Shown here piece after piece: positions 1 to 16,166 of a DNA stretch of 64,000 bases. The DNA comes from Eledone cirrhosa (taxonomy: Eukaryota), in assembly GCA_964016885.1 (NCBI GenBank), contig OZ024740.1:7254001-7318000 (forward strand), written 5' to 3'. The first letter of the stretch is position 1; every line of letters starts with the position of its first letter. The position numbers and the translations under genes were made by a program. The notes below the pieces were generated by a model. That model did no database searches. It had not been told where the DNA came from and was given only the letters and a program-made list of their open reading frames with translations.

Positions 1-3000
1 GGTATGTTAGTTTCTATTGGTAAGTCAGCTTCGATTAGTATGTCAGTTTCTATAGGTATGTCAGTTTCGATTGGTATGTCAGTTTCTATTGGTATATCAG
101 TTCCTATTGGTATGTCAGTTTCGATTGGTATGTCAATTTCGATTGGTATATCAGTTTTGATTAGTATGTCAGTTTCTATTGGTATATCAGTTTCTATTGG
201 TATATCAGTTTCAATTGGTATGTTAGTTTCTATTGGTAAGTCAGCTTCGATTAGTATGTCAGTTTCGATTGGTATGTCAGTTTCTGTTGGTATATCATTT
301 TCGATTGGTATGTCAGTTTCTATTGGTATGTCAGTGTCGATTATTATATCAGTAACTATTGGTATGTCAGTTTCGATTGGTATGTCAGTTTCGATTAGTA
401 TATCAGTTTCTATTGGTATGTCAGTTTCTATTGATATACCAGTTTGGATTGGTATATCAGATTCGATTGGTATGTCAGTTTCGATTGGTATGTCAGTTTC
501 GATTGGTATATAAGTTTCTATTGGTATATCATTTTCCATAGGTATGTCAGATTTGATTGGTATATCAGTTTCGATTGGTATATTAGTTTTGATTGGTACA
601 TCAGTTTCTATTGGTATGTCAGTTTTGATTACTATATCAGTTACTATTGGAATGTCAGTTTCGATTGGTATGTCAATTTCGATTGGTATATCAGATTCGA
701 TTGGTATGTCAGTTTCGATTGGTATATCAGTTTCTATTGGTATGTCAGTTTCTATTGGTATATCAGTTTCGATTTGTATGTCAGTTTCTATTGGTATGTC
801 AGTCTCGATAGGTATGTCAGTTACTATTGGTATATCAGTTTCGATTGGTATGTCATTTTCGATAGGTATGTCAGTTTCTATGGGTATATCAGTTTCGATT
901 GGTATGTCAGATTTGATTGGAATATCAGTTTCTATTGGTATATCAGTTTCGATTGGTATGTCAGTTTCTATTGGTATGTCAGTTTCGATTAGTATATCAG
1001 TTTCTATTGGTATGTCTGTTTCTATTGGTATATCAGTTTTGATTGGTATATCAGTTTCGATTGGTATGTCAGTTTCGATTGGTATATCAGTTTCGATTGG
1101 TATATCAGTTTCAATTAGTATGTAAGTTTCTATTGTTATATCAGTTTCGATTGGTATGTCACTTTCGATTAGTATGTCAATTTCTATTGGTATGTCAGTT
1201 TGTATTGGTATATCAGTTTCGATTGGTATGGCAGTTTCGATTGGTATGTCAGGTTCGATTGGTATATCAGTTTCGATTGGTATAGAAGTTTGTATTGGTA
1301 TATCAGTTTGTATTGGTATATCAGTTTCGATTGGTATGTCAGGTTCGATTGGTATATCAGTTTCGATTGGTATGTCACTTTCGATTGGTATATCAGTTTC
1401 GATTAGTATGTCAGTTTCTATAGTTATATTAGTTTTGATTGGTACATCAGTTTCGATTGGTATGTCAGTTTCGATTGGTAAATCAGTTTCGATTGGTATG
1501 TCAGTTTCTATTGGTATATCACTTTCGACTGGTATATCAGTTTCGATTAGAATTTCAGTTTCTATTGTTATATCAGTTTCGATTGGTATGTCACTTTCGA
1601 TTGGTATATCAGTTTCGATTAGTATGTCAGTTTCTATAGTTATATTAGTTTTGATTGGTACATCAGTTTCGATTGGTATGTCAGTTTCGATTGGTATGTC
1701 AGTTTCTATTGGTATATCACTTTCGACTGGTATATCAGTTTCGATTAGAATGTCAGTTTTGATTGGTATTTCAGTGTCCATTGGTATATCAGTTTGGATT
1801 GATATATCAGTTTTCGATTAGTATGTCATTTTCTATTGGTATGTCAGTTTCTATTGGTATATCAGTTCCTATTGGTATGTCAGTTTTGATTGGTATGTCA
1901 GTTTCTATTGGTATATCAGTTTTGATTGGTATATCAGTCTCGATTGGTATATCAGTTTCTATTGGTATATCAGTTTCGATTGGTATGTCAGGTTCTATTG
2001 GTATATCAGTTTCAATTGGTATGTCAGTTTCTATTGGTATATGAGTTTCTATTGGTATGTCAGTTTCTATTGGTATATCAGTTTCAATTGGTATGTTAGT
2101 TTCTATTGGTAAGTCAGCTTCGATTAGTATGTCAGTTTCTATAGGTATGTCAGTTTCGATTGGTATATCAGTCTCGATTGGTATATCAGTTTATATTGGT
2201 ATATCAGTTTCGATTGGTATGTCAGTTCTCTATTGGTATATCAGTTTCAATTGGTATATCAGTTTCTATTCTTATATCAGTTTCTATTGGTATATGAGTT
2301 TCTATTGGAATATCAGTTTCAATTGGTATATCAGTTTCAATTGGTATGTCAGTTTCTATTGGTAAGTCAGCTTCGATTAGTATATCAGTTTCTATTGGTA
2401 TATCAGTTTCGATTGGTATATCAGTTTCGATTGGTATATCAGTTTCTATTGGTATATCAGTTTCGATTGGTATGTCAGTTTCGATTAGTTTATCAGTTTC
2501 GATTGGTATGTCAGTTTCTATTGGTATGTCAGTTTCGATTAGTATATCAGTTCCTATTGGTATGTCAGTTTCGATTGGTATGTCAGTTTCTATTGGTATA
2601 TCAGTTTCAATTGGTATGTCAGTTTCGATTGGTATATGAGTTTCTATTGGTATGTCAGTTTCTATTGGTATATAAGTTTCTATTGGTATATCAGTTTCCA
2701 TTGGTATGTCAGATTCGATTGGAATGTCAGTTTCTATTGGTATATCAGTTTCCATTGGTATGTCAGATTCGATTGGAATGTCAGTTTCTATTGGTATATC
2801 AGTTTCAATTGGTATGTTAGTTTCTATCGGTAAGTCAGCTTCAATTAGTATATCAGTTTCTATTGGTATGTCAGTTTCGATTGGTATATCAGTTTCAATT
2901 AGTATGTCAGTTTCTATTGGTATATCAATTTCGATTGGTATGTCAGTTTCGATTAGTATGTCAATTTCTATTGGAATGACAGTTTGTATTGGTATATCAG

Positions 3001-6000
3001 TTTCGATTGGTATGTCAGTTTCGATTGGTATGTCAGTTTCGATTGGTATATCAGTTTCGATTGGTATATCAGTTTCTATTGGTATATCAGTTTCGATTGG
3101 TATGTCAGTTTCAATTAGTTTATAAGTTTCTATTGGTATGTCAGTTTCTATTGGTATGTCAGTGTCGATTATTATATCAGTTACTATTGGTATGTCAGTT
3201 TCGATTGTTATATCAATTTCGATTGGTATCTCAGTGATGATTGGTATGTCAGTTTCGATTGGTATGTCAATTTCGATTAGTATATCAGTTTCTATTGGTA
3301 TGTCAGTTTCTCTTGGTATATCAGTTTCTATTGGTATGTCAGTTTCTCTTGGTATATCAGCTTCGATTATTATATCAGTTACTATTGGTACATCAGTTTC
3401 TATTGGTATGTCAGTTTTGATTACTATATCAGTTACTATTGGAATGTCAGTTTCGATTGGTATGTCAATTTCGATTGGTATATCAGATTCGATTGGTATG
3501 TCAGTTTCGATTGGTATATCAGTTTCTATTGGTATGTCAGTTTCTATTGGTATATCAGTTTCGATTTGTATGTCAGTTTCTATTGGTATGTCAGTCTCGA
3601 TAGGTATGTCAGTTTCTATTGGTATATCAGTTTCGATTGGTATGTCATTTTCGATAGGTATGTCAGTTTCAATTGGTATGTTAGTTTCTATTGGTAAGTC
3701 AGCTTCGATTAGTATGTCAGTTTCTATAGGTATGTCAGTTTCGATTGGTATGTCAGTTTCTATTGGTATATCAGTTTTGATTGGTATATCAGTCTCGATT
3801 GGTATATCAGTTTATATTGGTATATCAGTTTCGATTGGTATGTCAGTTCTCTATTGGTATATCAGTTTCAATTGGTATATCAGTTTCTATTCTTATATCA
3901 GTTTCTATTGGTATATGAGTTTCTATTGGAATATCAGTTTCAATTGGTATATCAGTTTCAATTGGTATGTCAGTTTCTATTGGTAAGTCAGCTTCGATTA
4001 GTATATCAGTTTCTATTGGTATATCAGTTTCGATTGGTATATCAGTTTCGATTGGTATATCAGTTTCTATTGGTATATCAGTTTCGATTGGTATGTCAAT
4101 TTCGATTGGTATCTCAGTTACGATTGGTATGTCAGTTTCGATTGGTATGTCAATTTCGATTAGTATATCAGTTTCTATTGGTATGTCAGTTTCTCTTGGT
4201 ATATCAGCTTCGATTGGTATATCAGTTTCGATTGGTATATTAGTTTTGATTGGTACATCAGTTTCTATTGGTATGTCAGTTTTGATTACTATATCAGTTA
4301 CTATTGGAATGTCAGTTTCGATTGGTATGTCAATTTCGATTGGTATATCAGATTCGATTGGTATGTCAGTTTCGATTGGTATATCAGTTTCTATTGGTAT
4401 GTCAGTTTCTATTGGTATATCAGTTTCGATTTGTATGTCAGTTTCTATTGGTATGTCAGTCTCGATAGGTATGTCAGTTTCTATTGGTATATCAGTTTCG
4501 ATTGGTATGTCATTTTCGATAGGTATGTCAGTTTCTATGGGTATATCAGTTTCGATTGGTATGTCAGATTTGATTGGAATATCAGTTTCTATTGGTATAT
4601 CAGTTTCGATTGGTATGTCAGTTTCTATTGGTATGTCAGTTTCGATTAGTATATCAGTTTCTATTGGTATGTCTGTTTCTATTGGTATATCAGTTTTGAT
4701 TGGTATATCAGTTTCGATTGGTATGTCAGTTTCGATTGGTATATCAGTTTCGATTGGTATATCAGTTTCAATTAGTATGTAAGTTTCTATTGTTATATCA
4801 GTTTCGATTGGTATGTCACTTTCGATTAGTATGTCAATTTCTATTGGTATGTCAGTTTGTATTGGTATATCAGTTTCGATTGGTATGGCAGTTTCGATTG
4901 GTATGTCAGGTTCGATTGGTATATCAGTTTCGATTGGTATAGAAGTTTGTATTGGTATATCAGTTTGTATTGGTATATCAGTTTCGATTGGTATGTCAGG
5001 TTCGATTGGTATATCAGTTTCGATTGGTATGTCACTTTCGATTGGTATATCAGTTTCGATTAGTATGTCAGTTTCTATAGTTATATTAGTTTTGATTGGT
5101 ACATCAGTTTCGATTGGTATGTCAGTTTCGATTGGTAAATCAGTTTCGATTGGTATGTCAGTTTCTATTGGTATATCACTTTCGACTGGTATATCAGTTT
5201 CGATTAGAATGTCAGTTTTGATTGGTATTTCAGTGTCCATTGGTATATCAGTTTGGATTGATATATCAGTTTTCGATTAGTATGTCAGTTTCTATTGGTA
5301 TGTCAGTTTCTATTGGTATATCAGTTCCTATTGGTATGTCAGTTTTGATTGGTATGTCAGTTTCTATTGGTATATCAGTTTTGATTGGTATATCAGTCTC
5401 GATTGGTATATCAGTTTCTATTGGTATATCAGTTTCGATTGGTATGTCAGGTTCTATTGGTATATCAGTTTCAATTGGTATGTCAGTTTCTATTGGTATA
5501 TGAGTTTCTATTGGTATGTCAGTTTCTATTGGTATATCAGTTTCAATTGGTATGTTAGTTTCTATTGGTAAGTCAGCTTCGATTAGTATGTCAGTTTCTA
5601 TAGGTATGTCAGTTTCGATTGGTATGTCAGTTTCTATTGGTATATCAGTTCCTATTGGTATGTCAGTTTCGATTGGTATGTCAATTTCGATTGGTATATC
5701 AGTTTTGATTAGTATGTCAGTTTCTATTGGTATATCAGTTTCTATTGGTATATCAGTTTCAATTGGTATGTTAGTTTCTATTGGTAAGTCAGCTTCGATT
5801 AGTATGTCAGTTTCGATTGGTATGTCAGTTTCTGTTGGTATATCATTTTCGATTGGTATGTCAGTTTCTATTGGTATGTCAGTGTCGATTATTATATCAG
5901 TAACTATTGGTATGTCAGTTTCGATTGGTATGTCAGTTTCGATTAGTATATCAGTTTCTATTGGTATGTCAGTTTCTATTGATATACCAGTTTGGATTGG

Positions 6001-9000
6001 TATATCAGATTCGATTGGTATGTCAGTTTCGATTGGTATGTCAGTTTCGATTGGTATATAAGTTTCTATTGGTATATCATTTTCCATAGGTATGTCAGAT
6101 TTGATTGGTATATCAGTTTCGATTGGTATATTAGTTTTGATTGGTACATCAGTTTCTATTGGTATGTCAGTTTTGATTACTATATCAGTTACTATTGGAA
6201 TGTCAGTTTCGATTGGTATGTCAATTTCGATTGGTATATCAGATTCGATTGGTATGTCAGTTTCGATTGGTATATCAGTTTCTATTGGTATGTCAGTTTC
6301 TATTGGTATATCAGTTTCGATTTGTATGTCAGTTTCTATTGGTATGTCAGTCTCGATAGGTATGTCAGTTACTATTGGTATATCAGTTTCGATTGGTATG
6401 TCATTTTCGATAGGTATGTCAGTTTCTATGGGTATATCAGTTTCGATTGGTATGTCAGATTTGATTGGAATATCAGTTTCTATTGGTATATCAGTTTCGA
6501 TTGGTATGTCAGTTTCTATTGGTATGTCAGTTTCGATTAGTATATCAGTTTCTATTGGTATGTCTGTTTCTATTGGTATATCAGTTTTGATTGGTATATC
6601 AGTTTCGATTGGTATGTCAGTTTCAATTAGTATGTAAGTTTCTATTGTAATATCAGTTTCGATTGGTATGTCACTTTCGATTAGTATGTCAATTTCTATT
6701 GGTATGTCAGTTTGTATTGGTATATCAGTTTCGATTGGTATGGCAGTTTCGATTGGTATGTCAGGTTCGATTGGTATATCAGTTTCGATTGGTATAGAAG
6801 TTTGTATTGGTATATCAGTTTGTATTGGTATATCAGTTTCGATTGGTATGTCAGGTTCGATTGGTATATCAGTTTCGATTGGTATGTCACTTTCGATTGG
6901 TATATCAGTTTCGATTAGTATGTCAGTTTCTATAGTTATATTAGTTTTGATTGGTACATCAGTTTCGATTGGTATGTCAGTTTCGATTGGTAAATCAGTT
7001 TCGATTGGTATGTCAGTTTCTATTGGTATATCACTTTCGACTGGTATATCAGTTTCGATTAGAATTTCAGTTTCTATTGTTATATCAGTTTCGATTGGTA
7101 TGTCACTTTCGATTAGTATGTCAATTTCTATTGGTATGTCAGTTTGTATTGGTATATCAGTTTCGATTGGTATGGCAGTTTCGATTGGTATGTCAGGTTC
7201 GATTGGTATATCAGTTTCGATTGGTATAGAAGTTTGTATTGGTATATCAGTTTGTATTGGTATATCAGTTTCGATTGGTATATTAGTTTTGATTGGTACA
7301 TCAGTTTCTATTGGTATGTCAGTTTTGATTACTATATCAGTTACTATTGGAATGTCAGTTTCGATTGGTATGTCAATTTCGATTGGTATATCAGATTCGA
7401 TTGGTATGTCAGTTTCGATTGGTATATCAGTTTCTATTGGTATGTCAGTTTCTATTGGTATATCAGTTTCGATTTGTATGTCAGTTTCTATTGGTATGTC
7501 AGTCTCGATAGGTATGTCAGTTTCTATTGGTATATCAGTTTCGATTGGTATGTCATTTTCGATAGGTATGTCAGTTTCTATGGGTATATCAGTTTCGATT
7601 GGTATGTCAGATTTGATTGGAATATCAGTTTCTATTGGTATATCAGTTTCGATTGGTATGTCAGTTTCTATTGGTATGTCAGTTTCGATTAGTATATCAG
7701 TTTCTATTGGTATGTCTGTTTCTATTGGTATATCAGTTTTGATTGGTATATCAGTTTCGATTGGTATGTCAGTTTCGATTGGTATATCAGTTTCGATTGG
7801 TATATCAGTTTCAATTAGTATGTAAGTTTCTATTGTTATATCAGTTTCGATTGGTATGTCACTTTCGATTAGTATGTCAATTTCTATTGGTATGTCAGTT
7901 TGTATTGGTATATCAGTTTCGATTGGTATGGCAGTTTCGATTGGTATGTCAGGTTCGATTGGTATATCAGTTTCGATTGGTATAGAAGTTTGTATTGGTA
8001 TATCAGTTTGTATTGGTATATCAGTTTCGATTGGTATGTCAGGTTCGATTGGTATATCAGTTTCGATTGGTATGTCACTTTCGATTGGTATATCAGTTTC
8101 GATTAGTATGTCAGTTTCTATAGTTATATTAGTTTTGATTGGTACATCAGTTTCGATTGGTATGTCAGTTTCGATTGGTAAATCAGTTTCGATTGGTATG
8201 TCAGTTTCTATTGGTATATCACTTTCGACTGGTATATCAGTTTCGATTAGAATGTCAGTTTTGATTGGTATTTCAGTGTCCATTGGTATATCAGTTTGGA
8301 TTGATATATCAGTTTTCGATTAGTATGTCAGTTTCTATTGGTATGTCAGTTTCTATTGGTATATCAGTTCCTATTGGTATGTCAGTTTTGATTGGTATGT
8401 CAGTTTCTATTGGTATATCAGTTTTGATTGGTATATCAGTCTCGATTGGTATATCAGTTTCTATTGGTATATCAGTTTCGATTGGTATGTCAGGTTCTAT
8501 TGGTATATCAGTTTCAATTGGTATGTCAGTTTCTATTGGTATATGAGTTTCTATTGGTATGTCAGTTTCTATTGGTATATCAGTTTCAATTGGTATGTTA
8601 GTTTCTATTGGTAAGTCAGCTTCGATTAGTATGTCAGTTTCTATAGGTATGTCAGTTTCGATTGGTATGTCAGTTTCTATTGGTATATCAGTTCCTATTG
8701 GTATGTCAGTTTCGATTGGTATGTCAATTTCGATTGGTATATCAGTTTTGATTAGTATGTCAGTTTCTATTGGTATATCAGTTTCTATTGGTATATCAGT
8801 TTCAATTGGTATGTTAGTTTCTATTGGTAAGTCAGCTTCGATTAGTATGTCAGTTTCGATTGGTATGTCAGTTTCTGTTGGTATATCATTTTCGATTGGT
8901 ATGTCAGTTTCTATTGGTATGTCAGTGTCGATTATTATATCAGTAACTATTGGTATGTCAGTTTCGATTGGTATGTCAGTTTCGATTAGTATATCAGTTT

Positions 9001-12000
9001 CTATTGGTATGTCAGTTTCTATTGATATACCAGTTTGGATTGGTATATCAGATTCGATTGGTATGTCAGTTTCGATTGGTATGTCAGTTTCGATTGGTAT
9101 ATAAGTTTCTATTGGTATATCATTTTCCATAGGTATGTCAGATTTGATTGGTATATCAGTTTCGATTGGTATATTAGTTTTGATTGGTACATCAGTTTCT
9201 ATTGGTATGTCAGTTTTGATTACTATATCAGTTACTATTGGAATGTCAGTTTCGATTGGTATGTCAATTTCGATTGGTATATCAGATTCGATTGGTATGT
9301 CAGTTTCGATTGGTATATCAGTTTCTATTGGTATGTCAGTTTCTATTGGTATATCAGTTTCGATTTGTATGTCAGTTTCTATTGGTATGTCAGTCTCGAT
9401 AGGTATGTCAGTTACTATTGGTATATCAGTTTCGATTGGTATGTCATTTTCGATAGGTATGTCAGTTTCTATGGGTATATCAGTTTCGATTGGTATGTCA
9501 GATTTGATTGGAATATCAGTTTCTATTGGTATATCAGTTTCGATTGGTATGTCAGTTTCTATTGGTATGTCAGTTTCGATTAGTATATCAGTTTCTATTG
9601 GTATGTCTGTTTCTATTGGTATATCAGTTTTGATTGGTATATCAGTTTCGATTGGTATGTCAGTTTCGATTGGTATATCAGTTTCGATTGGTATATCAGT
9701 TTCAATTAGTATGTAAGTTTCTATTGTAATATCAGTTTCGATTGGTATGTCACTTTCGATTAGTATGTCAATTTCTATTGGTATGTCAGTTTGTATTGGT
9801 ATATCAGTTTCGATTGGTATGGCAGTTTCGATTGGTATGTCAGGTTCGATTGGTATATCAGTTTCGATTGGTATAGAAGTTTGTATTGGTATATCAGTTT
9901 GTATTGGTATATCAGTTTCGATTGGTATGTCAGGTTCGATTGGTATATCAGTTTCGATTGGTATGTCACTTTCGATTGGTATATCAGTTTCGATTAGTAT
10001 GTCAGTTTCTATAGTTATATTAGTTTTGATTGGTACATCAGTTTCGATTGGTATGTCAGTTTCGATTGGTAAATCAGTTTCGATTGGTATGTCAGTTTCT
10101 ATTGGTATATCACTTTCGACTGGTATATCAGTTTCGATTAGAATTTCAGTTTCTATTGTTATATCAGTTTCGATTGGTATGTCACTTTCGATTAGTATGT
10201 CAATTTCTATTGGTATGTCAGTTTGTATTGGTATATCAGTTTCGATTGGTATGGCAGTTTCGATTGGTATGTCAGGTTCGATTGGTATATCAGTTTCGAT
10301 TGGTATAGAAGTTTGTATTGGTATATCAGTTTGTATTGGTATATCAGTTTCGATTGGTATGTCAGGTTCGATTGGTATATCAGTTTCGATTGGTATGTCA
10401 CTTTCGATTGGTATATCAGTTTCGATTAGTATGTCAGTTTCTATAGTTATATTAGTTTTGATTGGTACATCAGTTTCGATTGGTATGTCAGTTTCGATTG
10501 GTATGTCAGTTTCTATTGGTATATCACTTTCGACTGGTATATCAGTTTCGATTAGAATGTCAGTTTTGATGGGTATTTCAGTGTCCATTGGTATATCAGT
10601 TTGGATTGATATATCAGTTTTCGATTAGTATGTCATTTTCTATTGGTATGTCAGTTTCTATTGGTATATCAGTTCCTATTGGTATGTCAGTTTTGATTGG
10701 TATGTCAGTTTCTATTGGTATATCAGTTTTGATTGGTATATCAGTCTCGATTGGTATATCAGTTTCTATTGGTATATCAGTTTCGATTGGTATGTCAGGT
10801 TCTATTGGTATATCAGTTTCAATTGGTATGTCAGTTTCTATTGGTATATGAGTTTCTATTGGTATGTCAGTTTCTATTGGTATATCAGTTTTGATTGGTA
10901 TATCAGTCTCGATTGGTATATCAGTTTATATTGGTATATCAGTTTCGATTGGTATGTCAGTTCTCTATTGGTATATCAGTTTCAATTGGTATATCAGTTT
11001 CTATTCTTATATCAGTTTCTATTGGTATATGAGTTTCTATTGGAATATCAGTTTCAATTGGTATATCAGTTTCAATTGGTATGTCAGTTTCTATTGGTAA
11101 GTCAGCTTCGATTAGTATATCAGTTTCTATTGGTATATCAGTTTCTATTGGTATGTCAGTTTCGATTAGTATATCAGTTTCTATTGGTATGTCTGTTTCT
11201 ATTGGTATATCAGTTTTGATTGGTATATCAGTTTCGATTGGTATGTCAGTTTCGATTGGTATATCAGTTTCGATTGGTATATCAGTTTCAATTAGTATGT
11301 AAGTTTCTATTGTTATATCAGTTTCGATTGGTATGTCACTTTCGATTAGTATGTCAATTTCTATTGGTATGTCAGTTTGTATTGGTATATCAGTTTCGAT
11401 TGGTATGGCAGTTTCGATTGGTATGTCAGGTTCGATTGGTATATCAGTTTCGATTGGTATAGAAGTTTGTATTGGTATATCAGTTTGTATTGGTATATCA
11501 GTTTCGATTGGTATGTCAGGTTCGATTGGTATATCAGTTTCGATTGGTATGTCACTTTCGATTGGTATATCAGTTTCGATTAGTATGTCAGTTTCTATAG
11601 TTATATTAGTTTTGATTGGTACATCAGTTTCGATTGGTATGTCAGTTTCGATTGGTAAATCAGTTTCGATTGGTATGTCAGTTTCTATTGGTATATCACT
11701 TTCGACTGGTATATCAGTTTCGATTAGATTGTCAGTTTTGATTGGTATTTCAGTGTCCATTGGTATATCAGTTTGGATTGATATATCAGTTTTCGATTAG
11801 TATGTCAGTTTCTATTGGTATGTCAGTTTCTATTGGTATATCAGTTCCTATTGGTATGTCAGTTTTGATTGGTATGTCAGTTTCTATTGGTATATCAGTT
11901 TTGATTGGTATATCAGTCTCGATTGGTATATCAGTTTCTATTGGTATATCAGTTTCGATTGGTATGTCAGGTTCTATTGGTATATCAGTTTCAATTGGTA

Positions 12001-12068
12001 TGTCAGTTTCTATTGGTATATGAGTTTCTATTGGTATGTCAGTTTCTATTGGTATATCAGTTTCAATT

Positions 12069-15000
12069 GGTATGTTAGTTTCTATTGGTAAGTCAGCTTC
12101 GATTAGTATGTCAGTTTCTATAGGTATGTCAGTTTCGATTGGTATGTCAGTTTCTATTGGTATATCAGTTCCTATTGGTATGTCAGTTTCGATTGGTATG
12201 TCAATTTCGATTGGTATATCAGTTTTGATTAGTATGTCAGTTTCTATTGGTATATCAGTTTCTATTGGTATATCAGTTTCAATTGGTATGTTAGTTTCTA
12301 TTGGTAAGTCAGCTTCGATTAGTATGTCAGTTTCGATTGGTATGTCAGTTTCTGTTGGTATATCATTTTCGATTGGTATGTCAGTTTCTATTGGTATGTC
12401 AGTGTCGATTATTATATCAGTAACTATTGGTATGTCAGTTTCGATTGGTATGTCAGTTTCGATTAGTATATCAGTTTCTATTGGTATGTCAGTTTCTATT
12501 GATATACCAGTTTGGATTGGTATATCAGATTCGATTGGTATGTCAGTTTCGATTGGTATGTCAGTTTCGATTGGTATATAAGTTTCTATTGGTATATCAT
12601 TTTCCATAGGTATGTCAGATTTGATTGGTATATCAGTTTCGATTGGTATATTAGTTTTGATTGGTACATCAGTTTCTATTGGTATGTCAGTTTTGATTAC
12701 TATATCAGTTACTATTGGAATGTCAGTTTCGATTGGTATGTCAATTTCGATTGGTATATCAGATTCGATTGGTATGTCAGTTTCGATTGGTATATCAGTT
12801 TCTATTGGTATGTCAGTTTCTATTGGTATATCAGTTTCGATTTGTATGTCAGTTTCTATTGGTATGTCAGTCTCGATAGGTATGTCAGTTACTATTGGTA
12901 TATCAGTTTCGATTGGTATGTCATTTTCGATAGGTATGTCAGTTTCTATGGGTATATCAGTTTCGATTGGTATGTCAGATTTGATTGGAATATCAGTTTC
13001 TATTGGTATATCAGTTTCGATTGGTATGTCAGTTTCTATTGGTATGTCAGTTTCGATTAGTATATCAGTTTCTATTGGTATGTCTGTTTCTATTGGTATA
13101 TCAGTTTTGATTGGTATATCAGTTTCGATTGGTATGTCAGTTTCGATTGGTATATCAGTTTCGATTGGTATATCAGTTTCAATTAGTATGTAAGTTTCTA
13201 TTGTTATATCAGTTTCGATTGGTATGTCACTTTCGATTAGTATGTCAATTTCTATTGGTATGTCAGTTTGTATTGGTATATCAGTTTCGATTGGTATGGC
13301 AGTTTCGATTGGTATGTCAGGTTCGATTGGTATATCAGTTTCGATTGGTATAGAAGTTTGTATTGGTATATCAGTTTGTATTGGTATATCAGTTTCGATT
13401 GGTATGTCAGGTTCGATTGGTATATCAGTTTCGATTGGTATGTCACTTTCGATTGGTATATCAGTTTCGATTAGTATGTCAGTTTCTATAGTTATATTAG
13501 TTTTGATTGGTACATCAGTTTCGATTGGTATGTCAGTTTCGATTGGTAAATCAGTTTCGATTGGTATGTCAGTTTCTATTGGTATATCACTTTCGACTGG
13601 TATATCAGTTTCGATTAGAATTTCAGTTTCTATTGTTATATCAGTTTCGATTGGTATGTCACTTTCGATTGGTATATCAGTTTCGATTAGTATGTCAGTT
13701 TCTATAGTTATATTAGTTTTGATTGGTACATCAGTTTCGATTGGTATGTCAGTTTCGATTGGTATGTCAGTTTCTATTGGTATATCACTTTCGACTGGTA
13801 TATCAGTTTCGATTAGAATGTCAGTTTTGATTGGTATTTCAGTGTCCATTGGTATATCAGTTTGGATTGATATATCAGTTTTCGATTAGTATGTCATTTT
13901 CTATTGGTATGTCAGTTTCTATTGGTATATCAGTTCCTATTGGTATGTCAGTTTTGATTGGTATGTCAGTTTCTATTGGTATATCAGTTTTGATTGGTAT
14001 ATCAGTCTCGATTGGTATATCAGTTTCTATTGGTATATCAGTTTCGATTGGTATGTCAGGTTCTATTGGTATATCAGTTTCAATTGGTATGTCAGTTTCT
14101 ATTGGTATATGAGTTTCTATTGGTATGTCAGTTTCTATTGGTATATCAGTTTCAATTGGTATGTTAGTTTCTATTGGTAAGTCAGCTTCGATTAGTATGT
14201 CAGTTTCTATAGGTATGTCAGTTTCGATTGGTATATCAGTCTCGATTGGTATATCAGTTTATATTGGTATATCAGTTTCGATTGGTATGTCAGTTCTCTA
14301 TTGGTATATCAGTTTCAATTGGTATATCAGTTTCTATTCTTATATCAGTTTCTATTGGTATATGAGTTTCTATTGGAATATCAGTTTCAATTGGTATATC
14401 AGTTTCAATTGGTATGTCAGTTTCTATTGGTAAGTCAGCTTCGATTAGTATATCAGTTTCTATTGGTATATCAGTTTCGATTGGTATATCAGTTTCGATT
14501 GGTATATCAGTTTCTATTGGTATATCAGTTTCGATTGGTATGTCAGTTTCGATTAGTTTATCAGTTTCGATTGGTATGTCAGTTTCTATTGGTATGTCAG
14601 TTTCGATTAGTATATCAGTTCCTATTGGTATGTCAGTTTCGATTGGTATGTCAGTTTCTATTGGTATATCAGTTTCAATTGGTATGTCAGTTTCGATTGG
14701 TATATGAGTTTCTATTGGTATGTCAGTTTCTATTGGTATATAAGTTTCTATTGGTATATCAGTTTCCATTGGTATGTCAGATTCGATTGGAATGTCAGTT
14801 TCTATTGGTATATCAGTTTCCATTGGTATGTCAGATTCGATTGGAATGTCAGTTTCTATTGGTATATCAGTTTCAATTGGTATGTTAGTTTCTATCGGTA
14901 AGTCAGCTTCAATTAGTATATCAGTTTCTATTGGTATGTCAGTTTCGATTGGTATATCAGTTTCAATTAGTATGTCAGTTTCTATTGGTATATCAATTTC

Positions 15001-16166
15001 GATTGGTATGTCAGTTTCGATTAGTATGTCAATTTCTATTGGAATGACAGTTTGTATTGGTATATCAGTTTCGATTGGTATGTCAGTTTCGATTGGTATG
15101 TCAGTTTCGATTGGTATATCAGTTTCGATTGGTATATCAGTTTCTATTGGTATATCAGTTTCGATTGGTATGTCAGTTTCAATTAGTTTATAAGTTTCTA
15201 TTGGTATGTCAGTTTCTATTGGTATGTCAGTGTCGATTATTATATCAGTTACTATTGGTATGTCAGTTTCGATTGTTATATCAATTTCGATTGGTATCTC
15301 AGTGATGATTGGTATGTCAGTTTCGATTGGTATGTCAATTTCGATTAGTATATCAGTTTCTATTGGTATGTCAGTTTCTCTTGGTATATCAGTTTCTATT
15401 GGTATGTCAGTTTCTCTTGGTATATCAGCTTCGATTATTATATCAGTTACTATTGGTACATCAGTTTCTATTGGTATGTCAGTTTTGATTACTATATCAG
15501 TTACTATTGGAATGTCAGTTTCGATTGGTATGTCAATTTCGATTGGTATATCAGATTCGATTGGTATGTCAGTTTCGATTGGTATATCAGTTTCTATTGG
15601 TATGTCAGTTTCTATTGGTATATCAGTTTCGATTTGTATGTCAGTTTCTATTGGTATGTCAGTCTCGATAGGTATGTCAGTTTCTATTGGTATATCAGTT
15701 TCGATTGGTATGTCATTTTCGATAGGTATGTCAGTTTCAATTGGTATGTTAGTTTCTATTGGTAAGTCAGCTTCGATTAGTATGTCAGTTTCTATAGGTA
15801 TGTCAGTTTCGATTGGTATGTCAGTTTCTATTGGTATATCAGTTTTGATTGGTATATCAGTCTCGATTGGTATATCAGTTTATATTGGTATATCAGTTTC
15901 GATTGGTATGTCAGTTCTCTATTGGTATATCAGTTTCAATTGGTATATCAGTTTCTATTCTTATATCAGTTTCTATTGGTATATGAGTTTCTATTGGAAT
16001 ATCAGTTTCAATTGGTATATCAGTTTCAATTGGTATGTCAGTTTCTATTGGTAAGTCAGCTTCGATTAGTATATCAGTTTCTATTGGTATATCAGTTTCG
16101 ATTGGTATATCAGTTTCGATTGGTATATCAGTTTCTATTGGTATATCAGTTTCGATTGGTATGTCA
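12069..16166. repeat. Higher-order copy of window 1-~4098 (offset 12,068 bp)
   Basis: Identical variant-monomer strings and ORF translations at constant offset (444/12512, 2222/14290, 3138/15206). 12068 = 670x18+8, matching eight +1 monomers in between. Confidence 0.9.
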